Assembly: GCA_027061995.1 (NCBI GenBank)
Contig: JAMOUT010000075.1
Span: 92 to 64,091, forward strand
DNA length: 64,000 nucleotides
Direction of reading: 5' to 3'
Source: Candidatus Aminicenantes bacterium
GTDB taxonomy: Bacteria > Acidobacteriota > Aminicenantia > JAMOAD01
Shown: positions 47,917 to 57,063 of the stretch, one piece after another
Layout: every line of letters starts with the position of its first letter
Numbering within the stretch: the first letter of the stretch is position 1
The notes under the pieces: generated by a model
Database searches by the model: none
The model's input: the letters and a program-made list of their open reading frames with translations, nothing else
What the model was told of the DNA's origin: nothing
Translations under genes and position numbers: made by a program

Positions 47917-47983
47917 TAATAATTCTGTATCATAAAAAGTTATTAATATTTACTAATAGAGCAATGAACCATCATCATGTAAC

Positions 47984-48014
47984 ACGACAATATTGTCGTT
48001 CAGGGAACAAAATT
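47984..48014. promoter_or_regulatory. Perfect 16-bp palindrome ACGACAATATTGTCGT plus AACAAAATTGTA, candidate UAS
   Basis: This is the best copy of the dyad in the window. Confidence 0.45.
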
Positions 48015-48046
48015 GTAAGCAAATTGATTAACAAAAAACCATGTTT

Positions 48047-48529
48047 TTAACTCTGAACTTTATCTCTCTTTTTACTTTTTCTCACAAGATACAACCCTAT
48101 GATAATAACAAATATCACTATGGTATTTGTTGCAATCTCTTTTATGTATAAATCCATGGAATCGGGGGTAATATTTTCTATAGGTTTTGCGGATAAAATT
48201 AAAATTTTTCTGACACTTGATATTATCCCTATAATTAAAAAGGGCTCCACATTAATATTCTTTGTTTTAAGATAATCATAAATAAGCCACAGAACTTCGA
48301 GAATAATCATTGCAAGAAGAAGTTCATGCAAAATAATCACGGAACTTTCAATTAAATCTTTCGTTTCCACATATTTGTTTATCCCTTTTATAATGGAATG
48401 AATAACAACCGCAAAAGCGGTAATCAGAAGAACAAAAGCTATAAAAACATGGATATAATCATCAATTTTTTCAAGAAAACTAACAATCTTTTTTGAAAGC
48501 ATATTTTTTAATAACAAATTAAGAAACAA
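48047..48529 (-). CDS. Small integral membrane protein (4 TM), possibly PsiE-like
   Basis: 160 aa with four hydrophobic helices and a basic C-terminus. The family assignment is tentative. Confidence 0.4.
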   Translation of the reverse strand: MFLNLLLKNMLSKKIVSFLEKIDDYIHVFIAFVLLITAFAVVIHSIIKGINKYVETKDLIESSVIILHELLLAMIILEVLWLIYDYLKTKNINVEPFLIIGIISSVRKILILSAKPIENITPDSMDLYIKEIATNTIVIFVIIIGLYLVRKSKKRDKVQS

Positions 48530-48745
48530 ATGTCAAATAAGCGAACTATTTTCTTCCATATTACTTGTTCTGATAATTAACAACCGTCTTTTTTGATATT
48601 CTGTCCCTGTAAATTTCAGGGACAAAAGTGAACTTATTTAATTTTATAATATTTATCAGGTTTATGTTATAATATCACTTTTATGAAATACGGATATTTT
48701 CTATCATATAATTAAAATATAAAAAATCGGAGAAGGGAAATCATT

Positions 48746-50563
48746 ATGAAAAAAATTAGGAATATTGCAATTATCGCACATGTTGATCATGGAAAGACAA
48801 CTTTGATTGATGCGATTTTAAAACAAACGGGTGTTTTCAGACAGAATCAGAAGATTGAAGAGAGGGTAATGGATTCAAATACTCTTGAAAAGGAGAGGGG
48901 GATAACGATTTTTTCAAAAAACGCATCATTTTTTTATAAAGATTATAAGATAAATATTGTGGATACTCCCGGGCATGCTGATTTTGGCGGAGAGGTTCAA
49001 AGAATCCTGAATATGGTGGATTCAGTTTTATTATTGGTAGATGCTTTTGAGGGTCCGATGCCTCAGACAAAATATGTTCTGAAAAAATCTCTTGAAAAAG
49101 GGTTGAATCCCATTGTTGTGATAAATAAGATTGACAGAGTTAATGCAAAACCCGAGGAGGTTTTGGATGCTGTTCTTGATCTGTTTATAGAATTAAATGC
49201 AAATGATAATCAACTTGATTTTCCCGTTGTTTATGCCACTGCAAAGGATGGAATAGCAAAATATGAGCTTTCCGATTCAAACAATGACTTAACTCCGCTC
49301 TTTGAAACAATAATATCCAATGTAAAGGAACCGGAAGGAGATGTTAATAAACCTCTTCAACTCTTAATTTCAACTATCGGATATGATAATTACATAGGTA
49401 AAATAGGGACGGGGAAAATTATAAACGGTAAAGTAAAAAAGGGGGAAGAGGTATTACTTATCAATAAAAAAGAGGAAAAACTATTATTTAAAATTTCGGA
49501 AGTTTTTACTTATAGCGGAATAAAAAGGGTGAGCATAAAGGAGGCTCATGCGGGAGACATTGTATCCATAGCAGGGACAAATTCAATAGATATAGGAAAC
49601 AGTATAACGGACAAAGAACACCCTGTCTTATTGCCCTCCATTGATATTGATGAACCGACAATGGCGATGACCTTTATGGTAAATGATTCCCCGTTTGCGG
49701 GTAAAGACGGGAAATATATCTCATCAAGACAAATCCTTGAAAGGCTTGAAAGGGAGCTTTTATCAAATGTAAGCTTAAAACTTGAAGAAACGGAATCAAA
49801 AGGGGCTTTTATTCTGAAAGGGAGAGGAACACTGCAATTGTCAATATTAATTGAAAATATGAGAAGAGAGGGATATGAATTTCAAGTTTCAAAACCGAAA
49901 GTGATTTATAAAAATATAGACGGAAAACAGTATGAACCTATGGAACTTGCGGTTATAGATGTCGCCGAGGAGTATTCGGGCGTTGTTATCGAAATGTTCG
50001 GATTAAGAAAAGGGGAGCTTCAAAATATGATTCATTATAACAATGGTTATATAAGGCTGGAGTTTAAAATTCCGGCGAGAGGTCTTATTGGGTTAAACGG
50101 AGAATTTTTAACGGCAACAAGAGGAACCGGAATATTAAATCATACTTTTCTTAAATATGAACCGGACAAAGGGGAGATAAACAAGAATCAAAAAGGGGTT
50201 CTTGTATCATTGACAGCCGGAACATCGGTGGCTTATGCCCTGTTTAATCTTCAAGCAAGGGGAACTATGTTTATAAATCCGGGAGTGGCTGTTTATCCGG
50301 GTTTGATAATAGGGGAACATAGTAAAGATAATGATTTAACCGTTAATGTGTGTAAAACAAAAAAGCTGACTAATATGAGAGCCGCAGGCTCCGATGATGC
50401 CATTAAGCTTAATCCCCCGAAAAGATTTACTTTAGAGCAAGCTCTTGAATATATAGAAGATGATGAGCTTTTGGAGATAACACCAAAAAATATCAGAATG
50501 AGAAAAAAAATATTGGATGCGAATAAGAGGAAAAAAAACATTAGATTTGAAAAAGCGGTGTAA
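48746..50563 (+). CDS. typA: Translational GTPase TypA/BipA
   Basis: AHVDHGKTTL, DTPGHADF and NKIDR are the G-motifs. The length of 605 aa and the domain order are typical of BipA. The RBS ggagaaggg is present. Confidence 0.95.
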   Translation: MKKIRNIAIIAHVDHGKTTLIDAILKQTGVFRQNQKIEERVMDSNTLEKERGITIFSKNASFFYKDYKINIVDTPGHADFGGEVQRILNMVDSVLLLVDAFEGPMPQTKYVLKKSLEKGLNPIVVINKIDRVNAKPEEVLDAVLDLFIELNANDNQLDFPVVYATAKDGIAKYELSDSNNDLTPLFETIISNVKEPEGDVNKPLQLLISTIGYDNYIGKIGTGKIINGKVKKGEEVLLINKKEEKLLFKISEVFTYSGIKRVSIKEAHAGDIVSIAGTNSIDIGNSITDKEHPVLLPSIDIDEPTMAMTFMVNDSPFAGKDGKYISSRQILERLERELLSNVSLKLEETESKGAFILKGRGTLQLSILIENMRREGYEFQVSKPKVIYKNIDGKQYEPMELAVIDVAEEYSGVVIEMFGLRKGELQNMIHYNNGYIRLEFKIPARGLIGLNGEFLTATRGTGILNHTFLKYEPDKGEINKNQKGVLVSLTAGTSVAYALFNLQARGTMFINPGVAVYPGLIIGEHSKDNDLTVNVCKTKKLTNMRAAGSDDAIKLNPPKRFTLEQALEYIEDDELLEITPKNIRMRKKILDANKRKKNIRFEKAV

Positions 50564-50690
50564 ACACGCTTGATCTGTTTATTCCAAATATATTAACAAT
50601 ATATCTATTATTATTTTCATTAAAAAATTTTAAAAAGGCTTCTTTAAAAAACAATTAAATAGTGATAATATTATTAATGTAGGAGGAGAT

Positions 50691-52799
50691 ATGAGGAAGA
50701 ATATCAAAACTTTTATAATAATTTTGTTTTTACTATTTTCATCCTCTTTAATAAATGCGGATCGAAAAAAGAATATAAAAACAAAAATAAATAATGTTAG
50801 AACGCTGCATTATGACCTGAATCTTATTGTAAAACCGGAACTTAAGTATCTTTCGGGGTCTCTTGAAATGAATTTCCATCAGGTTAAAGAAGCTTTTTTT
50901 CTCCTTGATAAACGAGCAATGATTTCAAGGATTACTACGGACAGCACTAAAACAAGGATTAAACTTATAAAGGATATGAATACAATAAAGAAATTGAAAT
51001 TTAATAGTGAGATAAAGATAGAGGATATATTAAATAATGTAAAAATTTATCTTGTTTATCTTGACGATGAAAAAGATAATTTCTCAAAACTTACGATAGA
51101 TTACAGAATAATATATAGCGGCAATACAAACAATCGAATGGATTTCTCTCATCTTGAAATTCAAGGAAATAATTCGGGAATAATCAATAAAAAGGGGATA
51201 TATCTTGTCGGTGGAAGTTATTGGTATCCCTATTTTCCTGGACCTTTGGGGACTTACAAACTGAAGGTTAATATATCCAAACCTTACTCTGTTGTATCGG
51301 AAGGAGAGATGACTATGCTTGATCAAGGTTTAAACAGAGTTTTTTCCTTTAATGTTTTTTATCCTCTTGAATTTCTTGACCTTGTCGGGGGGGATTATAT
51401 TGTAAATGAAGAAAGTTATAAAGGGAAAAAGATAGGAACATATTTCTTTCTTCCCGACTCCAAATATTCCGATATGTATATAAAAAAGACAAAAGAATTT
51501 TTGGATCTTTATGAAACTTTGTTTACTCCCTACCCTTTTACAAAATTCTTAATAGTTGAAAATTTTCTTCAGACGGGTTACGGAATGTCCTCTTTTACAC
51601 TTCTCGGAAACAGAGTTATCCCTCTTCCGTTTATTGTTACAACCTCTCTCGGTCATGAGATTTTACATAATTGGTGGGGTAATTCCGTTTATGTTGATTA
51701 TTCTCAAGGAAATTGGTGCGAAGGGCTTACGGTTTTGTATGCGGATTATTATTATGCGAATCAAAGAAACAAAGGAAAAGATTATAGGTTTCAGATATTA
51801 AAGGATTATTATTCTTATGTAAACAATGACAATGAGATTGCAATAAAAGATTTTTTATCAAGGACAAATCCTGCCGATAGAACAATAGGTTACGGCAAGA
51901 GTATGATGTTTTTTTATATGTTAAGAAATTTAATCGGTAAAGAAAACTTTGAACAGGGATTAAAAGAATTTGCCGTAAAATACAGATTTAGGAAAGCTTC
52001 TTTTTCCGATATTAAAAATATTATGGAGAAATATTATAAACAAGACCTGGGATGGTTTTTCGAGCAGTGGATAAACAGAAAGGGAGCGATTCAATTAAAA
52101 ATAGAATTATTAAACAAGAGAAAAAGAGTAAAGGAATATATAGTGGAGATTAGAATATCTCAGCTTCAAGAGGGTCCCCCCTATATTTCAGATATCCCGA
52201 CAAAAATAACCTCTGCAAACGGAGAAAGTATAAAATATAATATAAAAATTAATGAAAAGGTTCAGGAGATAAAGCTTGCTTTTAACCAAAATCCTGTTAC
52301 CATACAGTTTGATCCTGACTATGAGTTATTCAGAAAACTTTATAAGTCCGAAGTCCCCCCCTCAATCTCCATTTTCATTGGTAAAGATCCCGTCTCCATA
52401 GAAACATCGGGAAGCAGATTTGCCGAGAGAATAAAAAATAATTTTCCGAATAAAAAAATTCAACCTGACGGGTTAAACAAAGTAATAATTAACCCTTCTT
52501 TTGAGGTTATGAAAGAAAAATTGAGCAGAGCCGGATTCTATGTAAAGGGAAACAAAGTGGAAATAAACGGATATTATTATGATATAAGAGAGCTTAATAT
52601 TGTTTTAACGAATAAAGAGGGGGATTTGTTTTACCTTTTGATATACTCGACTAATTTTGATTTTCCCGAAAAAACACTGTATAAAATTACCCACTATGGT
52701 AAATACGGAGTTCTTATTTGGGACAAAAACCTAACTCTTATTAAAAAGGTTCTACTCAAACCGAGAGTTTTTCCTTTAAGGATTAACTTGGGTAATTAA
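50691..52799 (+). CDS. Secreted zinc metallopeptidase, M1 (aminopeptidase N)-like
   Basis: A signal peptide is present. GHEILHNWWGN...E gives HExxH-X18-E, and YAD lies downstream as in M1. Confidence 0.6.
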   Translation: MRKNIKTFIIILFLLFSSSLINADRKKNIKTKINNVRTLHYDLNLIVKPELKYLSGSLEMNFHQVKEAFFLLDKRAMISRITTDSTKTRIKLIKDMNTIKKLKFNSEIKIEDILNNVKIYLVYLDDEKDNFSKLTIDYRIIYSGNTNNRMDFSHLEIQGNNSGIINKKGIYLVGGSYWYPYFPGPLGTYKLKVNISKPYSVVSEGEMTMLDQGLNRVFSFNVFYPLEFLDLVGGDYIVNEESYKGKKIGTYFFLPDSKYSDMYIKKTKEFLDLYETLFTPYPFTKFLIVENFLQTGYGMSSFTLLGNRVIPLPFIVTTSLGHEILHNWWGNSVYVDYSQGNWCEGLTVLYADYYYANQRNKGKDYRFQILKDYYSYVNNDNEIAIKDFLSRTNPADRTIGYGKSMMFFYMLRNLIGKENFEQGLKEFAVKYRFRKASFSDIKNIMEKYYKQDLGWFFEQWINRKGAIQLKIELLNKRKRVKEYIVEIRISQLQEGPPYISDIPTKITSANGESIKYNIKINEKVQEIKLAFNQNPVTIQFDPDYELFRKLYKSEVPPSISIFIGKDPVSIETSGSRFAERIKNNFPNKKIQPDGLNKVIINPSFEVMKEKLSRAGFYVKGNKVEINGYYYDIRELNIVLTNKEGDLFYLLIYSTNFDFPEKTLYKITHYGKYGVLIWDKNLTLIKKVLLKPRVFPLRINLGN

Positions 52800-52987
52800 A
52801 AAATATAAGATATTTAATCTCACCTTTCAACGGTTTATTCTATTTTTGTCTTAAACCTTTCTTAATACAAAAGATAGTTTATCATCTTGTTTTATGGCAT
52901 TTGTAATTTCAAACTTGTTATTTTCCTTGACAAAAAACGGTTTTTTTTATATGCTTGATAACAATTTATTTTATTATGGAAGGGAAA

Positions 52988-54319
52988 ATGAATAAAAAAA
53001 CATTTCCGAAAGGTATTCATCCTCCTGATAAAAAGGAGCTTTCTAAAGATTTTAAAACAGAGTTTTTTCCGGCTCCCTCTACAATCGTTATACCTCTTCA
53101 TCAACATATCGGAGCTCCCGCAGAACCGCTTGTCAACAAAAAAGACAGGGTTCTGAAAGGGCAAAAGATAGGTGAAGCCAAAGGATTTATATCAGCCCCG
53201 ATTCATGCGTCCGTATCGGGAACAGTTAAATCGATTGAGCCTCATCTTACTCCGAGTGGGAAAAAAATTATGTCTGTTATCATAACTAATGATGGAGAAG
53301 ATGAAATTCATCCGGACATTAAGCCATTAAAAGATGATATTTCATCATATTCTCCCGAAGAGGTTAGAACAGCTGTCCGAGATGCCGGAATCGTTGGTTT
53401 GGGTGGAGCTGCATTCCCCACTTCGGTGAAACTTTCACCCCCCAAGGAATTTCCTGTTGACACTGTAATACTCAATGGTGCCGAATGCGAGCCTTATCTT
53501 ACAACAGACTACAGGTTGATGCTTGAAAAAACCGATGAACTTATTATCGGTGCAGAGATTCTTAAAGAAACTGTCGGAGCCTCTAAAATCTATATTGGAA
53601 TTGAAGATAATAAAGAGGATTTGATTTCTCTTTACGCTGAAAAATTGAAAGGAAGAGCTGATTTTGAGGTTGCCCCGTTAAAGACAAAGTATCCTCAAGG
53701 GGGAGAAAAAATGTTGGTAAAAGCTATTCTCGGAAGAGAAGTTCCGACCGGCGGACTTCCTTTTCATGTCGGAGTTCTCGTTCAAAATGTGGGCACAACC
53801 TATGCTGTTTATGAAACACTGAAAACAGGAATGCCCCTTATTGAAAGAGGACTAACCATTACCGGAGAAGGGATAAAAACACCTAAGAATCTGTCTGTCA
53901 GAATAGGAACTATGTTTAAGGATATTGTTGAATTTTCCGGCGGATATGCGGGGAATCCCGGCAAACTTATAATGGGCGGCCCCATGATGGGAATTTCCCA
54001 ATATACTGACAATGTTCCCGTTATAAAAGCTACTTCGGGAATTCTTGTTCTTCCCGATGAAGAGATTCCACATAAAAAAGAGTATCCTTGTATAAGCTGT
54101 AATTCTTGTGTTGATCATTGCCCTATGAACCTTGTTCCTACAAGAATAGTGAAGTTAGCACAGAATAAACTATTTGAAGAATCTAAAAAATGGGGACTTC
54201 TTGATTGTATTGAATGCGGAACCTGTTCTTATGTGTGCCCCGCGAATATCCCTCTCGTTCATTGGATTAGATACGGTAAAAACGAATTAATGAAATTAAG
54301 AAAAAAATCGGAGAAATAA
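52988..54319 (+). CDS. rnfC: Rnf electron transport complex subunit C
   Basis: GLGGAAFPT is the NADH-binding region. Two 4Fe-4S motifs are present (CISCNSCVDHCP, CIECGTCSYVCP). The start is set at the ATG after GGAAGGG; the ORF track begins at the TTG at 52955. Confidence 0.9.
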   Translation: MNKKTFPKGIHPPDKKELSKDFKTEFFPAPSTIVIPLHQHIGAPAEPLVNKKDRVLKGQKIGEAKGFISAPIHASVSGTVKSIEPHLTPSGKKIMSVIITNDGEDEIHPDIKPLKDDISSYSPEEVRTAVRDAGIVGLGGAAFPTSVKLSPPKEFPVDTVILNGAECEPYLTTDYRLMLEKTDELIIGAEILKETVGASKIYIGIEDNKEDLISLYAEKLKGRADFEVAPLKTKYPQGGEKMLVKAILGREVPTGGLPFHVGVLVQNVGTTYAVYETLKTGMPLIERGLTITGEGIKTPKNLSVRIGTMFKDIVEFSGGYAGNPGKLIMGGPMMGISQYTDNVPVIKATSGILVLPDEEIPHKKEYPCISCNSCVDHCPMNLVPTRIVKLAQNKLFEESKKWGLLDCIECGTCSYVCPANIPLVHWIRYGKNELMKLRKKSEK

Positions 54320-54320
54320 G

Positions 54321-55292
54321 ATGGAAAAACAATATGCAAGTGATTTTAAAATATCCTCTTCTCCCCATTTGAGAGGGAAAGAGAGTGTCCCAAAAATTAT
54401 GTATTGGGTAGTTGGTATTCTAATGCTTCCCGTTGCATCCTCGATTTATTTTTTCGGAATGAATGCTGTCCGAATTCTCCTTATCTCCGTTATTGTTTCT
54501 CTTTTGACCGAATATATATTTCTTGTGTCAAGAAAAAAAGATATATCATTGCTTTTCGATGGATCTGCTATCATTACGGGTATCCTTCTTGCACTTACTT
54601 TACCTCCGGGACTCAAAAGTTCTTATGTTGTGATAGGAGCCTTCGTATCAATAGCTCTCGGAAAACAGGTTTTCGGAGGACTCGGCTATAACATGTTTAA
54701 CCCCGCTCTTGTCGGGAGGGCTTTTCTTCAAGCATCTTTTCCCGTTGCGATGACAACCTGGATTCCACCTGTAATACAAAAGATGGTTGATGCAAAAACA
54801 TTTGCAACCCCTCTCGGAGGTTTTAAATTCTCCCATATTTTAACCCCTTATAAAAATCTTCTTATCGGCAATACCGGAGGTTCTTTGGGAGAAACATCGG
54901 CTATTCTTTTAATAGTCGGGGGAATTATCCTTTTAATAAAAAAATATATTGACTGGAAAATTCCTACGGGAATTTTATTAACGGTTTTTGTTTTAGAGGG
55001 AGGTTTATATCTTATTAATCCCGAAAAATATGCGAACCCTCTGTTTCATATTTTAGCGGGCGGTCTTTTACTCGGAGCTTTTTTTATGGCAACCGATATG
55101 GTTACATCTCCGATTACACCGAAAGGGACATGGATATATGCTGTCGGAATAGGTGTTCTTGTCGTATTAATAAGAGTATTCGGAGGGTTACCCGAAGGGG
55201 TAATGTATTCAATTTTAATAATGAATGCGTTTGTTCCATTGTTAAATAGATATACAAGACCCAAAATACTCGGCGAAGGGGGTAAAAAATGA
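54321..55292 (+). CDS. rnfD: Rnf complex subunit D
   Basis: Polytopic NqrB/RnfD family. Operon context supports the call. Confidence 0.85.
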   Translation: MEKQYASDFKISSSPHLRGKESVPKIMYWVVGILMLPVASSIYFFGMNAVRILLISVIVSLLTEYIFLVSRKKDISLLFDGSAIITGILLALTLPPGLKSSYVVIGAFVSIALGKQVFGGLGYNMFNPALVGRAFLQASFPVAMTTWIPPVIQKMVDAKTFATPLGGFKFSHILTPYKNLLIGNTGGSLGETSAILLIVGGIILLIKKYIDWKIPTGILLTVFVLEGGLYLINPEKYANPLFHILAGGLLLGAFFMATDMVTSPITPKGTWIYAVGIGVLVVLIRVFGGLPEGVMYSILIMNAFVPLLNRYTRPKILGEGGKK

Positions 55293-55855
55293 AATCAAGA
55301 ATCTATATGGTTTTTGTATTGACTTTTGTTGCGGTTATTTCAAGCGGCCTCCTTGCTTATTTTGCGGTTTATACTCAACCTTACATTGAAAAAAACAAGA
55401 AGAAAGAGATAGACAAGGCGATAATGGAGGTTATTCCCGGAGTAAAACAAAGTGAGCCCATAGTTAATGAAAGTAAATTCAAAATTTTTAAAGGGCTTGA
55501 TGAAAAAGGGGAAATTATAGGTTATGCCGTTTATACCATTGGAACCGGTTTTCAGGATATGATTACCGTTATGTTCGGCATAGATAAAGATTTGAAAACT
55601 CTCTTTAGCCTTAAAGTCCTTGATCAAAAAGAGACTCCGGGGCTTGGAGCCAAGATAACGGATGATACTGAATTTTTAAGATTTTGGAAGAATAGAAATA
55701 TAGAAGAAGGGATTAGATTGGCTAAACATCTAAAAGAGATGAAAGAATTAAAAATTAATGAAGTTAATGCTATTTCAGGAGCAACAATCTCTTCGAGAGC
55801 GGTCGTTAAAATAATTAATGATGCTCTGCAAAAAGTTAAAAAGGAGGTCAAATAA
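55289..55855 (+). CDS. rnfG: Rnf complex subunit G (FMN-binding)
   Basis: An N-terminal TM is present. SGATISSRAV is the FMN-attachment Thr motif. Confidence 0.85.
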   Translation: MKSRIYMVFVLTFVAVISSGLLAYFAVYTQPYIEKNKKKEIDKAIMEVIPGVKQSEPIVNESKFKIFKGLDEKGEIIGYAVYTIGTGFQDMITVMFGIDKDLKTLFSLKVLDQKETPGLGAKITDDTEFLRFWKNRNIEEGIRLAKHLKEMKELKINEVNAISGATISSRAVVKIINDALQKVKKEVK

Positions 55856-56469
55856 TGGCTTCTAAAGAAAATAGTTATTTTTCGGATTTTATAAAAGGTT
55901 TATGGAAGGAAAATCCCGTTCTTGTTCAATTTCTCGGGATGTGTCCCACGCTTGCCGTTACAAATGCGGTCGTAAATGCCATAGCAATGTCCGCGGCTGT
56001 TATTTTTGTTCTTGTGGCTTCGGCGATAATAATCTCCCTAATTAGAAAATTTATCCCGGCGCAAGTGAGAATAGCGTCTTTTATTGTTGTAATAGCCACC
56101 TTTGTTACCATGGCTGACCGATATCTTGCCGCATTTTATCCTGAGCTTAGTAAAGCTCTCGGTCCTTTCATCCCTCTTATTGTTGTTAATTGTATAATCC
56201 TCGGAAGGATGGAGGCTTTTGCTTCTAAAAATAATGTTGGTCGCTCTATTCTTGATGCTCTCGGTATGAGTTTCGGTTTTGCGATAGGCTTATTATTAAT
56301 GAGCACTTTCAGAGAGATTCTCGGGAATGGAACATGGCTCGGTTATGAAGTTCTCGGAAATTGGTGGGATAAATGGATGGTTATGATTCTTCCTCCCGGA
56401 GCATTTCTCACACTCGGAACAATAGTAGGTGTCTCAAAATTCCTGCAGACTAAATTTAAAAAGGCATAA
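55855..56469 (+). CDS. rnfE: Rnf complex subunit E
   Basis: NqrD/RnfE family with motif GMCPTLAVT. Confidence 0.85.
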   Translation: MASKENSYFSDFIKGLWKENPVLVQFLGMCPTLAVTNAVVNAIAMSAAVIFVLVASAIIISLIRKFIPAQVRIASFIVVIATFVTMADRYLAAFYPELSKALGPFIPLIVVNCIILGRMEAFASKNNVGRSILDALGMSFGFAIGLLLMSTFREILGNGTWLGYEVLGNWWDKWMVMILPPGAFLTLGTIVGVSKFLQTKFKKA

Positions 56470-56480
56470 GGAGGTTGTAA

Positions 56481-57056
56481 ATGAATTTATTAATAATTTT
56501 TATCTCTGCATTACTGATAAATAATTTTGTTCTCTCCTATTTCCTCGGGATATGTCCTTTTCTCGGAGTTTCAAATAAATTAAGCTCTGCTGTTTCGATG
56601 GGAATGGCGGTTACTTTTGTTATGACGATTACAGCTGTTGTTACATGGCCTATATATCATCTTATTCTTGTCCCCTATCATTTGGAATTTCTTGAAATTG
56701 TCTCTTTTATACTTGTTATCGCAGCACTTGTTCAATTCGTTGAGATGTTTATAAGAAAAACATCCGAATCATTGTATGAAGCGCTGGGGATATATCTTCC
56801 GTTAATAACAACTAATTGCGCTATCCTTGGTTTTGCTTTAATAGCCGTTCTAAAAAACTATACATATTTGGAAACGATTGTATTCGGAGTTGCCGCAGGA
56901 CTCGGATTTACTCTTGCCCTTGTTATTATGGCGGGGATAAGGGAGGAACTTGATTTTGCGGATGTTCCCGAATCTTTGAAAGGACCCGGGATAACTCTTC
57001 TTGTCGCTGGAATACTTGCCCTGTCTTTTATGGGTTTTGCAGGACTTATAAAGTGA
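56481..57056 (+). CDS. rnfA: Rnf complex subunit A
   Basis: NqrE/RnfA family with motif LGICPFLGVS. Confidence 0.85.
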   Translation: MNLLIIFISALLINNFVLSYFLGICPFLGVSNKLSSAVSMGMAVTFVMTITAVVTWPIYHLILVPYHLEFLEIVSFILVIAALVQFVEMFIRKTSESLYEALGIYLPLITTNCAILGFALIAVLKNYTYLETIVFGVAAGLGFTLALVIMAGIREELDFADVPESLKGPGITLLVAGILALSFMGFAGLIK

Positions 57057-57063
57057 GGTTAAA

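Noticed and set aside
32654-47930. Repetitive array considered as a CRISPR locus or IS/transposon cluster
   Set aside because: The repeats are long coding blocks (hundreds of bp) within ORFs, not short direct repeats with unique spacers. No cas genes, transposase or inverted terminal repeats are present.
32654-47930. Diversity-generating retroelement (DGR) as source of C-terminal variability
   Set aside because: No reverse transcriptase ORF and no template/variable repeat pair with adenine-specific mismatches is present. Variability is whole-domain replacement, not point hypervariation.
52955-52987. Upstream TTG start for rnfC given by the ORF track
   Set aside because: The internal ATG at 52988 is preceded by a GGAAGGG RBS at ideal spacing. 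The 11 extra residues are hydrophobic filler not found in RnfC.
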